From Hyphomicrobium sp. (GTDB lineage Bacteria; Pseudomonadota; Alphaproteobacteria; Rhizobiales; Hyphomicrobiaceae), in assembly GCA_035445405.1 (NCBI GenBank), contig DAOMQQ010000002.1, positions 5,803 through 69,802 on the forward strand: a stretch of 64,000 bases of DNA, written 5' to 3'. Below the pieces are notes generated by a model. It saw only the letters and a list, made by a program, of their open reading frames with translations. It searched no databases and had not been told where the DNA came from. Below are positions 9,742-19,716 of this stretch, piece after piece. The position numbers were made by a program, and so were the translations under genes. How positions within the stretch are numbered: position 1 is the stretch's first letter; every line of letters starts with the position of its first letter.

Positions 9742-9887
9742 CTGCTGCCGGCACGTCGCCAACGGGACCGCGGCTCCGTCAGTGCCGAGCCCTGCCTTAC
9801 CGCACAACGGCAATGGTGTGGCGCGCGTGGGGAGTTCCGATGGCGCCGGTCCGCGGTCTCCTGGCGCGTTCGAGGGAAGGGCAGTCG

Positions 9888-11150
9888 CTATGCAAACGGC
9901 GGAGGCTCGGGCGGCGTGATGCCGCGCTCGGCTTCGAGGCGCATATAATCGCGCTGGGTGTCGATCATGTAGTCGCGCACGATCGGCACAGCGTCGCGCT
10001 TCTTCGAGAGCTGCATGTGGAAGACGAGCTGGCTGCCCGTGCGGAACATCATCTCGCAACTGATCAGATAGAACTCCCACATCCGGCAGAAGCGCTCGTC
10101 GTACATCTCCGCGACTTTTGCACGGTTGGCCTCGAAGCGGCTGACCCAATGGGCGAGCGTCTTCGCGTAATGGACGCGCAGGAACTCGAGATCCGTCACC
10201 CACAGGCTGTTCTGCTCCACGTGCGTGAAGACTTCCGAGAGCGCCGGCGAATAGGCGCCGGGGAAAATGTACTTGCGCAGCCACGGGCTCGCCGTGCCCG
10301 GTGGGCTCATGTGGCCGATGGAGTGGAGCAGCATCACGCCGTCGTCCGTCAAGAGGTCGTTCACCTTGGCGAAGAACTCGTCGTAGTGATGCACGCCGAC
10401 GTGCTCGAACATGCCGACGGAGACGATGCGGTCGAAGCGTTCATTCAGGTCGCGATAGTCGCGCAGCTCGAAGCGCACGCGGTCGGCGAGGCCGAGCGTC
10501 TTGGCCTTTTCGTTGGCGAGCTTGCATTGCTCTTTTGACAGTGTGACGCCGACGGCCTGGATATCCTGCAGCCGCGCGAGGTAGAGCAGCATGTCGCCCC
10601 AGCCGCAGCCGATGTCGAGCACCTTCTGGCCGGGCGCAAGCGCGAGCTTGGATGCGATGAGGCGCAGCTTGTTCTGCTGGGCTTCCTCGAGCGTGTTGTC
10701 GTCGCTGGTGAAGTAGGCGCAGGAGTACTGCATGCCGCGATCGAGGAAGAGGCGGTAGAACTCGTTGCCGATGTCGTAGTGGTGGGCGACGTTCTGCTGT
10801 GCCTTGCCGATGGGGTTGGCCTGCTGGAAGCGCTTCAGGCCGCGCGAGACTTTGCGCAGCGCTTTCTGCAGCGGATAGGAGCCGAGCGAGAGGCGGTTGA
10901 CCGAGAACAGCGTGAGGAAGTCGCGCAGCGTCGACTCCTCGAAGCGCATCCGGCCGTCCATGTAGGCTTCGCCCGCTGCCAGCTCCGGGTTGGTGAAGAG
11001 CGTGCGATAGAGCGTCGGGTCCGTGAGGCGCATCGTGACCTCGGGGCCGGGCTCCCGTCCGCCGAAGATGTGCACGCGGCCTTCGGCGTCGATGACCTTG
11101 AGCGTGCCCTTTCGAACGAACGATTTCAGCATGTGCGAAAGCGGGAACAT
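9888..11150 (-). CDS. cfa: Cyclopropane-fatty-acyl-phospholipid synthase family methyltransferase
   Basis: NVAHHYDIGNEFY, MQYSCAYF, VLDIGCGWG, FDRIVSVGMFEHVG, KYIFPG, RMWEFYL. Confidence 0.94.
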   Translation of the reverse strand: MFPLSHMLKSFVRKGTLKVIDAEGRVHIFGGREPGPEVTMRLTDPTLYRTLFTNPELAAGEAYMDGRMRFEESTLRDFLTLFSVNRLSLGSYPLQKALRKVSRGLKRFQQANPIGKAQQNVAHHYDIGNEFYRLFLDRGMQYSCAYFTSDDNTLEEAQQNKLRLIASKLALAPGQKVLDIGCGWGDMLLYLARLQDIQAVGVTLSKEQCKLANEKAKTLGLADRVRFELRDYRDLNERFDRIVSVGMFEHVGVHHYDEFFAKVNDLLTDDGVMLLHSIGHMSPPGTASPWLRKYIFPGAYSPALSEVFTHVEQNSLWVTDLEFLRVHYAKTLAHWVSRFEANRAKVAEMYDERFCRMWEFYLISCEMMFRTGSQLVFHMQLSKKRDAVPIVRDYMIDTQRDYMRLEAERGITPPEPPPFA

Positions 11151-11214
11151 GGAAACCCTCTGTCTCTTGTTCGCGGCGTCCCCATCGGAGAACGGCGAAG
11201 GATGCGTAGGCGGT

Positions 11215-11907
11215 TCAGGCTGCCGGCTTGGCCGCGCGGACTTGCTCGGCCGCGTTGCGGATGGCGGCGATGTTGGCGGCGTAGCTTTGCTTCGTTCCGC
11301 CTTTGAAGACCGCGGAGCCCGCGACGAGCACGTTGGCGCCGGCTTCGACGACGAGAGGGGCCGTCTCGGGCGTGACGCCGCCGTCGACCTCGAGGTCGAT
11401 CGGGCGATCGCCGATCATCCGGCGCACGCTGCGGATCTTTTCGAGTTGAGCGGAAATGAACGCCTGTCCGCCGAAGCCGGGGTTCACCGTCATCAAGAGC
11501 ACGAGATCGACGCGGTCGAGGATGTGCTCGATCGTGCTCTCATGCGTGCCGGGATTGAGCGAGACGCCCGCGCGGCAACCCATGGCGCGGATCGCCTGCA
11601 ATGAGCGGTCGAGATGGGGACCGGCTTCGGCGTGGACGGTGACGATCTCCGCGCCCGCCTTGGCAAAGGCTTCGATGTAGGGATCGGCGGGAGCGATCAT
11701 CAGGTGGCAATCGAAGGTCTTCTTCGAACTTTCGCGGATGGCGGAGATGACCGGCGGGCCGAAAGTGATGTTGGGCACGAAGTGGCCGTCCATCACGTCG
11801 AGGTGGATCCAGTCCGCCCCTGCCGCATCCACGTCCGCGACCTCGGCGCCGAGGCGCGCGAAGTCTGCCGACAGGATCGAGGGAGCGATGATGAGCGGCC
11901 GTGACAT
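11215..11907 (-). CDS. rpe: Ribulose-phosphate 3-epimerase
   Basis: [43 protein letters not shown]. Confidence 0.97.
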   Translation of the reverse strand: MSRPLIIAPSILSADFARLGAEVADVDAAGADWIHLDVMDGHFVPNITFGPPVISAIRESSKKTFDCHLMIAPADPYIEAFAKAGAEIVTVHAEAGPHLDRSLQAIRAMGCRAGVSLNPGTHESTIEHILDRVDLVLLMTVNPGFGGQAFISAQLEKIRSVRRMIGDRPIDLEVDGGVTPETAPLVVEAGANVLVAGSAVFKGGTKQSYAANIAAIRNAAEQVRAAKPAA

Positions 11908-12010
11908 CTGGCGCGCCTCCCGTTCGTGGGTTTCCAGGCTCCTGCCCTACACGGCGGGGCGCGGCGCGGCAAGGGTCGAGACCCAAGATCCCAAGAAGGA
12001 TGCCGGGCAT

Positions 12011-12841
12011 TCAGGCCGGGGGTGCCGCCAGGGCGTTGCCGAGCGCGTCGTGGAGGCCAGGATGCCCGGGGAGCGCAATGCGGAATGTGCTCTGCAGAAG
12101 CTCGACCAATGCGTCGGGAGATTCGATCCGGCGGCGCTCGCTCGCGCGCCCTAAGCGGTGGATGGCGTATTCGGCGCCGCGCAGCGTGTGGCGGATGCCG
12201 GGCTCGGAGCGGGCGACGAGCAGGCGGTCTCGAAACGGCGAGGAGGGATGCGTGGACACGTACCAGTTGCCGACTTCGAAATCGATGTCGGCGGGCCGTG
12301 CGAGGTCGAAGACGTAGAAGCGGCGCCAGTCGTCGTCGACGCGGGCCGTGAGGGCGTATGTCTCGCCGCTTCGGACGAGGTGATAGGGCTCGTTGAGGGT
12401 CGTCTGTTCCTCCTCCGTGTCGAGGAGGAGCGGCGCGGTCGGCGTCATGCCGCCGAAGCCGACGTCCGCGATGTAGCGCGTGCCGTCGATGGTGACGAGG
12501 ATCAGCACGTGCGTGCGCGCCGGAACGACGCCCGCAGGCGTGTTCATCACGACGCGGCCAGTGAGGCCGTGCGCGTCGAAGCCGAGGGTGCGCAGGAGGT
12601 TGAGAAACAGCAGGTTCAGCTCGAAGCAGTAGCCGCCGCGGCCTCGGTCGAGAATTTTGTGCTGCAGCGACGCGAGGTCGAGCCGTACGGGCTCGCGCAA
12701 AACCATGGCGAGCGTCTCGAAGGGGATGGCAGAGATGTGCTGGCGCTGCAGCGTTGCCAGCGTTTCGTGCGTGGGAGCGACGGAGCCGGTGTAGCCGATC
12801 CGGGCGAGATACGCCGGCACGTTCAGCCGATCAGAGGTCAT
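12011..12841 (-). CDS. Arylamine N-acetyltransferase
   Basis: YLARIG, IPFETL, RGGYCFELN (Cys), RTH (His), ADVGFG (Asp) catalytic triad. Confidence 0.92.
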   Translation of the reverse strand: MTSDRLNVPAYLARIGYTGSVAPTHETLATLQRQHISAIPFETLAMVLREPVRLDLASLQHKILDRGRGGYCFELNLLFLNLLRTLGFDAHGLTGRVVMNTPAGVVPARTHVLILVTIDGTRYIADVGFGGMTPTAPLLLDTEEEQTTLNEPYHLVRSGETYALTARVDDDWRRFYVFDLARPADIDFEVGNWYVSTHPSSPFRDRLLVARSEPGIRHTLRGAEYAIHRLGRASERRRIESPDALVELLQSTFRIALPGHPGLHDALGNALAAPPA

Positions 12842-12996
12842 CGGGCGCCCTCTCGCGGATCACGCGGGTTCCCTAAGGAACAGCATCATGCGACAAATTT
12901 TTGTTTGTACTCGTACGAACGAGGTTCGGCGCCCGATTGCTCGGCACGCCGGCACCGTTTCGGATCTTTTTTAATTCCATTACAAGGAGAAGAGCA

Positions 12997-13224
12997 ATGC
13001 GTGTGCTTTCGATCTTGGGCGTTGCATCCGTTCTATTCGTGTCGATGCCGACCTCTCAAGCCGATGCCCGGTGGGTATGCCGAGCATCGAGCAGCACCGG
13101 ATCCTGGGGAATGGGTTGGCACAACAGCAGCAAGTCCTATGCGCGCAGCCGCGCGTTGATCGAGTGCGCCGCGCGCACGCCGCGGAACCGGACGTGTTAT
13201 ATCCGGTCCTGCAGGCGGGGCTAG
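12997..13224 (+). CDS. Small secreted Cys-containing basic protein
   Basis: AAGGAG RBS; signal peptide; WVCRA...ALIECAART....CYIRSC. Confidence 0.7.
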   Translation: MRVLSILGVASVLFVSMPTSQADARWVCRASSSTGSWGMGWHNSSKSYARSRALIECAARTPRNRTCYIRSCRRG

Positions 13225-13277
13225 ATGGCGTCCTCAAAAGATGGGCCAAGGGCCTGACGCGCTCATGGCCTCGACGC

Positions 13278-13742
13278 TCAGCCTTCGTGCAGCGATTTGA
13301 TCCAGGTGATGATCTTCCACATGTCGTCGGCGGATTTCACGATGTCCTTCGCGTGCGGCATCGGTCCGACGACATTCTCTGTTCCGATGCGGCTGTAGCC
13401 GGCGGCCTGGAGGTCGTCGGAGCCGAGCGTAATGAGGCGGAACAGCGTGTCGTCGTCGTCGCCGTAGATCCAGACCTGGTTGGAGAGCGGCGGGCCCATG
13501 CCCCCGCCGCCCGTCCCGCCATGACAACCGTTGCAGCCTGCGGCCATGTAGAGCTTATGGCCTTCTTCGACTGCAGCCGCATCGCCGCTGTGAGGATTTT
13601 TCAGCTCGCCTTTCTCCGCGCCTTCGACGGCTTCCAGCGGAGACTGCGCTTGTGCGTCTTGCATCGCGGCGCCGGATATAATCATGGATAGTGCGAGGGT
13701 GGCGGTCGCGGCGGCACGTACGCTTGCAGCATGCATCGGCAT
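13278..13742 (-). CDS. Periplasmic c-type cytochrome (resembles PQQ-dehydrogenase partner cytochromes)
   Basis: Signal peptide, LKNP, CNGCH heme motif, GGGMGPPL...WIYG, distal MP; AAGGAG RBS. Confidence 0.88.
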   Translation of the reverse strand: MPMHAASVRAAATATLALSMIISGAAMQDAQAQSPLEAVEGAEKGELKNPHSGDAAAVEEGHKLYMAAGCNGCHGGTGGGGMGPPLSNQVWIYGDDDDTLFRLITLGSDDLQAAGYSRIGTENVVGPMPHAKDIVKSADDMWKIITWIKSLHEG

Positions 13743-13916
13743 GTCGGTGCGCTCCTTTTCTTATTGTTGTGCGCATCAAACGCCGTGTGTCGCGCATCGT
13801 TGCGACATGCATCGAAAAACGGGAAAAATTCCTCGGCACAAAGAAGAATGTTTTTGTAAGGAATTGTGGGTCGCGTATGGACGCGCGAGCTGGTGCGCGG
13901 TCGCGCGGCTCCGCAT

Positions 13917-15095
13917 TTACTCCCGCTTGGAAACGGGCGTTCTGAACGTAAAGCGCGTTTCCTTTTCCGTGGACGACACGGTGAGCGTGCCGCCGTGGGC
14001 CCGGCTGATTTCGGATGCGATGTAGAGACCGAGACCTAGCCCTTCTTTTCCGCTGCGTGTTTCGAGCGCATTGAAGGGCTCGAAGATCTTTTTCAGCTTC
14101 GACGGCGGTATCGGATGCCCTTCGTTCGCGACCGTGACGATCAGATGGCCGTCTTCGACGACGCCTGAGACGAAGACCGGCGTGTCGGCCGCGCCATGCT
14201 TGACGGCATTCGATACGAGATTGGAGACGAGCTGGCCGATGCGGTGAGGATCGGCCGTAACCGGACCCGGGATGTCGACCTCGACATTGAAAATGCGGTT
14301 CGGGCGCGCGTCCTCGATCTCACGCACCACCTGATGCAGCACGTCGCCGAGCTCGGTCGGCACCGGGCGGATCGGCAGGCCTCCGCCGAGGCGTCCCCTC
14401 GCGAGATCGAGGAGGTTCTCGATCAACTCGCCCATGCGGTTCGTGCTGTGGTTCAGGTGGCCGAGAACGTCTTTCGCTTTTTCGTCGAGTTTCGTGCGGG
14501 AGAGGATCGAAAGGCCCGCCTTGATGGCGGCGAGCGGATTTCGGAGGTCATGACCGAGCACCGCGACGAAGCGTTCGCGTGCGTCACCCGTCTCCTTCGC
14601 GTTCGCGAGCTCCTCTTCCGCTTTGTCGATCTGGCCGTGCATGTCGAGATGGAAGCCGATGAGCTCGGCGAACATCCTGAACGTGCCGAGGATCTCGGGC
14701 CGGTTCAGGTGCACGGGGTTCGGGTCGATGGCGCAGAGGGTGCCGAAAAACCTGCCGTCGGGCAGGAGGATCGGCATCGAAATGTAGCTGTTGAAGCCGT
14801 ACATCGCGGGCGTGGGATGCGCGCTGTAAAGCGGATCCTGGCCCACGTTGTCGATGATCACGGGGACGCCGGATTGGCGGATCTCATGACAGATCGTCGT
14901 CTCGACCGCGAGCTCTCCGCCAGGGGCGAGGCCGAATCCCAGGTCGTCCCGCGTCGCGCAGGCGATCCATCGGTCTTCCGTGACGCGGGCAATCGCGACG
15001 AACCGCATGTCCGTCAGGCGGCGGATCACGTCCAGGATGGTCGGGATCGCGGGAATTTTCTGGACGGTCGCCAGGTCTCTCTCGAAGTCTCCCAT
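13917..15095 (-). CDS. Soluble GAF-domain sensor histidine kinase
   Basis: MRFVAIARVTEDRWIACA..LAVETTICHEIR (GAF), HDLRNPL (HisKA), NLVSNAVKHG, GLGLGLYI; true start at 15095 inside the longer ORF. Confidence 0.92.
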   Translation of the reverse strand: MGDFERDLATVQKIPAIPTILDVIRRLTDMRFVAIARVTEDRWIACATRDDLGFGLAPGGELAVETTICHEIRQSGVPVIIDNVGQDPLYSAHPTPAMYGFNSYISMPILLPDGRFFGTLCAIDPNPVHLNRPEILGTFRMFAELIGFHLDMHGQIDKAEEELANAKETGDARERFVAVLGHDLRNPLAAIKAGLSILSRTKLDEKAKDVLGHLNHSTNRMGELIENLLDLARGRLGGGLPIRPVPTELGDVLHQVVREIEDARPNRIFNVEVDIPGPVTADPHRIGQLVSNLVSNAVKHGAADTPVFVSGVVEDGHLIVTVANEGHPIPPSKLKKIFEPFNALETRSGKEGLGLGLYIASEISRAHGGTLTVSSTEKETRFTFRTPVSKRE

Positions 15096-15121
15096 CGCGT
15101 ACCTGCGGGTCTCAGTCGATC

Positions 15122-16000
15122 TCAGAAAAAGGTGCGGCGCTTTCTTTCGATCAATTGCAGGATCATCGGCGTCAGGATGAGCTGCATGGCAAGGTCCAGC
15201 TTGCCGCCGGGGATCACGATCGAGTTGGCGCGCGACATGAAGCTGTCGTGGATCATCGACTGGAGATAGGAGAAGTCGATGCCGCGCGGGTTCTTGAAAC
15301 GAATGACGACCATGGATTCGTCGGGCGTCGGAATCCAGCGGGCGACGAACGGGTTCGACGTGTCGACGGTGGGGATGCGCTGGAAGTTGATGTCGGTCTC
15401 GGTGAACTGCGGGCAGATGTATTTCACGTAGTCCGGCATCCGGTGCAGGATGACATCGGTGATCGCCTCCGGCGAGTAGCCGCGCTCGGCCTTGTCGCGG
15501 TGGATTTTCTGAATCCATTCGAGGTTGATCACCGGCACCACGCCGATCCTGAGGTCCGCAAAGCGGGCGATGTTCACGTTCTTGGTGATGGCCGCGCCGT
15601 GCAGGCCCTCGTAGATCATGAGGTCGGTCCCGTAGGGGATTTCCTCCCATGGCGTGAAGGTGCCGGGCGGGGTGCCGAAAAGCTCGGCCTCGGTCTCGTC
15701 GTGGACATAGTGGCGCGTGCGCCCGGTGCCGATCTCGCCGTAGGATTTGAAGAGCTGCTCGAGCTCCGGCAGCAAGTTGGCCGCTTCGCCGAAGTGGCTC
15801 AACGTGGGCTTGCCGGCGGAAGCGGCCTCCTTCGAAAGATCGATCATCTCGTCGCGCCCGTAGCGGTGGAAGGCGTCGCCCTCGATGAAGACGGCCGTGA
15901 TCTTTTCGCGCCGGAAGATCTGTTCGAACGTACGCCGGACACTGGTGGTGCCGGCGCCGGACGAGCCCGTGACTGAGATGATGGGATGCTTGGCGGACAT
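15122..16000 (-). CDS. prk: Phosphoribulokinase (proteobacterial type)
   Basis: MSAKHPIISVTGSSGAGTT, EGDAFH, YEGLHG, NLEWIQKIHRD, PQFTETDINFQRIP.VDTSNPF. Confidence 0.96.
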   Translation of the reverse strand: MSAKHPIISVTGSSGAGTTSVRRTFEQIFRREKITAVFIEGDAFHRYGRDEMIDLSKEAASAGKPTLSHFGEAANLLPELEQLFKSYGEIGTGRTRHYVHDETEAELFGTPPGTFTPWEEIPYGTDLMIYEGLHGAAITKNVNIARFADLRIGVVPVINLEWIQKIHRDKAERGYSPEAITDVILHRMPDYVKYICPQFTETDINFQRIPTVDTSNPFVARWIPTPDESMVVIRFKNPRGIDFSYLQSMIHDSFMSRANSIVIPGGKLDLAMQLILTPMILQLIERKRRTFF

Positions 16001-16061
16001 GCTTGCTGCTTCGGTTTCTTCCGGACTGCGGCGTTGAGGATTGGCGGGAGATCTCCTCGGA

Positions 16062-17102
16062 TCAGATCCTGAAAAGGCCCCGGCGCCCGAACAACGGAGA
16101 CCGCTCCCCGAGGCCGTGCGGATCATGGTGAAGGCGAACAACATACTCCACCTCGGTTCGCGAACCGGCGATGAAAGGTGTTCGTTGGTGAAGAGAGGTT
16201 GGCGGAACGTCCAGAATGCGCTCGTAGCCCGACGAGACCGCGCCCCCGGCCTGCTCTATGATCCAGCCGAGAGGGTTTGCCTCGTAGACGAGGCGGAGGC
16301 GGCCCATCGTGTAGCTTTCGCGCAGGTCGCTCGGGTAAAGGAAGATGCCGCCTCGGGTCAGGATCCGGTAGATGTCGGCCACCGGCGACGCGGTCCAGCG
16401 CATATTGAAATTCTTGCCGCGCGGGCCGCCGCGGCCGCGCAGGCAGTCGTCCACGTACGTGCGGATCGCTTCGTCCCAGTGGCGGTAGTTGGAGGCGTTG
16501 ATCGCGTATTCGCGGGTCGCTGGCGGGATGTCGACCTTCTCGTTCGTCAAAAGGAAGCGTCCGCTCGGTCGGTCGAGCGTGAAGATCTGCGTGCCGCGCC
16601 CGACCGTCAGAACGAGAGAGGTGAAGGGACCGTAAACGGCGAAGCCCGCGGCGAGCTGTGCCGTTCCGGGCTGCAGGAAGCTCGACCCGTCGACGCCCTG
16701 GCAGCGGGTGGGCAGCACCGTGAAGATCGTGCCGATCGATGTGTTGACGTCGGTGTTGGACGAGCCGTCGATGGGATCGACGGCGACCGCAAGCGGCGCG
16801 CCGGGATTGATCGGGAGCGGCCACTCCAGCTCCTCGGAGCCGAGCGTCGCGACGGGCGCGCCCTTGAGCGCCTCGACGATGAGGTTGTTGGCGAGGACGT
16901 CGATCTCCTTCTGAGGATCGGCGCCGGTCTGATGGCCCGTTTCGGCGCCGAGCGCGCCGGCGAGGGGGCCTCGGCCGATCAGCTCGCCGATCCGGCAGCA
17001 GGCCTCGGAAAGGCGCGTCACGGTTTCCGCCACATCGGCCTTCTCCGGGCTGCTCCCGGCCCATCGGTTCAGGAAGGCTCCTAAATCCTCCTCGTCGCTC
17101 AT
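16062..17102 (-). CDS. fbp: Class 1 fructose-1,6-/sedoheptulose-1,7-bisphosphatase (CbbF-like)
   Basis: DPIDGSSN, YAINASN, NMRW..S.VAD, GRLRLVYEANP, LHQRTP, SPLFGRRGLF. Confidence 0.94.
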   Translation of the reverse strand: MSDEEDLGAFLNRWAGSSPEKADVAETVTRLSEACCRIGELIGRGPLAGALGAETGHQTGADPQKEIDVLANNLIVEALKGAPVATLGSEELEWPLPINPGAPLAVAVDPIDGSSNTDVNTSIGTIFTVLPTRCQGVDGSSFLQPGTAQLAAGFAVYGPFTSLVLTVGRGTQIFTLDRPSGRFLLTNEKVDIPPATREYAINASNYRHWDEAIRTYVDDCLRGRGGPRGKNFNMRWTASPVADIYRILTRGGIFLYPSDLRESYTMGRLRLVYEANPLGWIIEQAGGAVSSGYERILDVPPTSLHQRTPFIAGSRTEVEYVVRLHHDPHGLGERSPLFGRRGLFRI

Positions 17103-17289
17103 TTGGCGGTGTTCCTCTCCCCCGGCGTTCAGCCGGTCTTTGCCCCCGCAGGTGCGAGGGGGCATCGCCGACTTTTCTGGCCTGCTCCATTCGAGAGTGC
17201 GCCGCGGTTTCGCGCAAGAGCGGACTCACGCGTAGCCTCTGCTGCTTTCCCGGCCCGATGCGGGTTTCTCAGTCGGGCCTTTCTACATC

Positions 17290-17333
17290 TATAAATTATT
17301 AAGTTTGGCGAAATACAATCTAAGGTTGTTATA
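17290..17333. promoter_or_regulatory. AT-rich LysR (CbbR/QscR)-like operator region upstream of fbp
   Basis: T-N11-A motifs TATAAATTATTAA and TAAGGTTGTTATA in an otherwise GC-rich context. Confidence 0.45.
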
Positions 17334-17355
17334 TGATGTTGACGAGCGGGCTGCG

Positions 17356-18135
17356 ATGGGGCGGGGCGTTGAAGGGCCGAGCGGAAGGATGCGGATGCTG
17401 GGGCGGATGCTTCGCCGCTGGATGTCGGGTCCCGAGTTCGCTCTGGCGTTCCTCCTCTCGGGCCTGCTCAACGCGATGCAGATCTCATCGTCGCTCTATC
17501 TCTTCTACGTCTACGATCGGGTTCTGCCGACGGGGGATCGCGCCGGTCTGGCGGTCTCGACGGGCCTGCTCGTGGCGTCGTTCGCCGTTTTTGCGCTTCT
17601 CGATTTTCTGCGCGCACGCCTGCTGGGCCGGGCGGGCGTGTCGTTCGTGCGGGACCTCGAGCGGGGTCCGCTTTCCGGACTGAGGCCGGCCGATGTGGAC
17701 CGCGTGCGGCGTTTTTCCGCTCAGGGGGCTCCGGCTGCGCTGTTCGATCTCACGTGGCTGCCGGTGTCGCTGGTGGGCCTCTCGCTCGTGCATCCCTTGC
17801 TCTCGCTTTACGCGTTGCTGGGGGCGGTGCTGATTTCCGGCATCGCGATCGGGAGCGATGTGCTGATCCGCGCGAACGCACGCGAGCTCTCGGACGGCAA
17901 GATTGCCGTTGCTTCCGCCGCCAAGGCGATGCGGCTCGTGCTGCAGTTGGGCGGCATCGGGTTCGGCGCGTGGCTGGTGGCCGAAAACAGGATGAGCGCG
18001 GGAGGCTTGATTGCCGCCAGCGTGATGATGGCGCGGGCATTCGCCGTGCTCGATGGCGCACTTGTGCATTGGCGGAGCTATCTGGCGATTGCTCGCACCT
18101 TCGCCGCCGGTCCGTATGCGGCGATTAGATCTTGA
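17356..18135 (+). CDS. PrtD-like type I secretion ABC transmembrane domain only (no ATPase; internal deletion)
   Basis: LY..YVYDRVLP, DFLRARLL, ALFDLTW.P, HPLL, MRLVLQ..G.G.GAWLV, AGGLIAASVM.ARA; no Walker motifs; start uncertain. Confidence 0.7.
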   Translation: MGRGVEGPSGRMRMLGRMLRRWMSGPEFALAFLLSGLLNAMQISSSLYLFYVYDRVLPTGDRAGLAVSTGLLVASFAVFALLDFLRARLLGRAGVSFVRDLERGPLSGLRPADVDRVRRFSAQGAPAALFDLTWLPVSLVGLSLVHPLLSLYALLGAVLISGIAIGSDVLIRANARELSDGKIAVASAAKAMRLVLQLGGIGFGAWLVAENRMSAGGLIAASVMMARAFAVLDGALVHWRSYLAIARTFAAGPYAAIRS

Positions 18136-18856
18136 ACTCGTCGATGCTGGCGAAGGCGGTGCGCAATGCATTCGACCACGAGGCCGAGAGCTTGGTGAAA
18201 TACTCGTCGTTCTGGCAGATGCGCGTCTCGCGCCGCACGTCGAGGCTGTCGCGCTCGTAGAGCAGGATGTCGATCGGCATGCCGACCGAGAGATTCGAGC
18301 GCAGGGTCGAGTCGAACGACAGCAGGATCAGCTTTGCCGCGTCGCCGAGGCCCATCTCGGGGCGCGCGACGCGATCGAGGATGGGCTTGCCGTACTTGTG
18401 CTCGCCGATCTGGAGGAAGGGCGTGTCGTCCGTCGCCTCGATGAAGTTGCCCTCGGAATAGATCTGATAGAGCCGCGGACGCTCGGCACCGATCTGGCCG
18501 CCGAGAATGAAGGAGGCGGAGAAGCCGTGCTTGCTCATCTCGAGCGCGGCGCCGTCGATGCGGCGTACCTCGCGGACCGCATCGCCCACGAGGCGCGCGG
18601 CGCGGAACATCGAGGGGACGGTGAAGAGCGTGGGGTTCGCGTTGTCCGGCGTGGCGAGCTGCTCGTTGAGATTGCTGACGACGGACTGGGTAACGGCCAG
18701 ATTGCCGGCCGACATGAGCACGATCACCCGGTCGCCGGGCTGGCGCCAGAAGTGCAGCTTGCGATACTGGGCCACGTTGTCGACGCCCGCGTTGGTGCGG
18801 GTGTCGGCGGCGAACACGATGCCGCGGTCCAGCCTGAGCGCGACGCAATAGGTCAT
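18125..18856 (-). CDS. anbu: Proteasome-type protease Anbu (Ntn hydrolase)
   Basis: MTYCV (Thr1), DTRTNAGVDN, AGNLAVTQ, GNFIEAT, QIGEHKYGKPILDR, SFDSTLRSNLSVG. Confidence 0.95.
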   Translation of the reverse strand: MTYCVALRLDRGIVFAADTRTNAGVDNVAQYRKLHFWRQPGDRVIVLMSAGNLAVTQSVVSNLNEQLATPDNANPTLFTVPSMFRAARLVGDAVREVRRIDGAALEMSKHGFSASFILGGQIGAERPRLYQIYSEGNFIEATDDTPFLQIGEHKYGKPILDRVARPEMGLGDAAKLILLSFDSTLRSNLSVGMPIDILLYERDSLDVRRETRICQNDEYFTKLSASWSNALRTAFASIDEFKI

Positions 18857-18883
18857 CGCGAGATCCTTCGTCCTCACAGCTTC

Positions 18884-19708
18884 TTATTGCTGCTGTGCGC
18901 CTTGCTGCTCAACTTCGACGCGGACGTCAAGGTCTTCATTTTCGCCGCCGCGCTGGGTGCCGCGGATCGGCGCGGCCGAGGCGGCATCGAATCCGCACGC
19001 CAGGCGCACATAGCGGTCCGTCGGACACATGCCGTTGGCGGCGTCGAAACCCACCCAGCCCAGGCCATCGACCCAGGCCTCCGCCCATGCGTGGTGGGCC
19101 TCTGCCGGAGCCAGCGTGCCCGCGAGAAAGTAACCGTTAACGTAGCGGGCCGGGATTCCGATCACGCGCGCGGCCGAAATAAATACGTGCGCGTGATCCT
19201 GGCAGACGCCCTTCCCCGCCGCGAGCGCTTCCGCCGCTGTGGTATGCGTATGCGACGTGCCGATCTCGTAGGAAACGGCGGCCGCGACCGTGCGCATCAG
19301 GCTGTGCAGGCAATCGAGCGGGTCTTTCGGGATGCGTCCGTGGCTCACGCTTTTGGCAAGATCGCGGATCGCCTTGTCCGGCGCCGTCTTCGGCGTCTCG
19401 CGCAGGAACACGCGGCGCGGTGCGATTTCTGCGAGGCCGCGGACGATGCCCGCGCGATCCTCCGTCTCGACGATGCCCGAGGCCTCTATGACGATGCCGT
19501 CATGGGGCGTATCGAGCGTGGTGAGGTGAACCTGATTGCCGAGGCCGTCACGATAGGAGATGTGCGTGTCGAAGCCGGGCGCCTCGATGGTCCATGTGCG
19601 AACGTCCTGGCCGTCGAAGCTGGGCGGCGTGAGACGGAGGCTCTGGATCGCATAGCGGGCGGGCGTCGCGTAGCGGTAGGTCGTGACGTGGCGGATCTCG
19701 ATCTTCAT
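18884..19708 (-). CDS. Transglutaminase family protein
   Basis: IRHVTTYRY...LRLTP, GVCQDHAH, ARYVNGY, HAWAEAW, GWVGFDAAN. Confidence 0.93.
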   Translation of the reverse strand: MKIEIRHVTTYRYATPARYAIQSLRLTPPSFDGQDVRTWTIEAPGFDTHISYRDGLGNQVHLTTLDTPHDGIVIEASGIVETEDRAGIVRGLAEIAPRRVFLRETPKTAPDKAIRDLAKSVSHGRIPKDPLDCLHSLMRTVAAAVSYEIGTSHTHTTAAEALAAGKGVCQDHAHVFISAARVIGIPARYVNGYFLAGTLAPAEAHHAWAEAWVDGLGWVGFDAANGMCPTDRYVRLACGFDAASAAPIRGTQRGGENEDLDVRVEVEQQGAQQQ

Positions 19709-19716
19709 GCCTGCCC

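Noticed and set aside
15096-15650. N-terminal extension of the histidine kinase ORF (577 aa in the track)
   Set aside because: Overlaps prk in another frame; the GAF domain begins at ATG 15095
11215-17102. Calvin cycle operon (rpe, prk, fbp)
   Set aside because: No RuBisCO, transketolase or aldolase here, and rpe is separated by unrelated genes; autotrophy cannot be inferred
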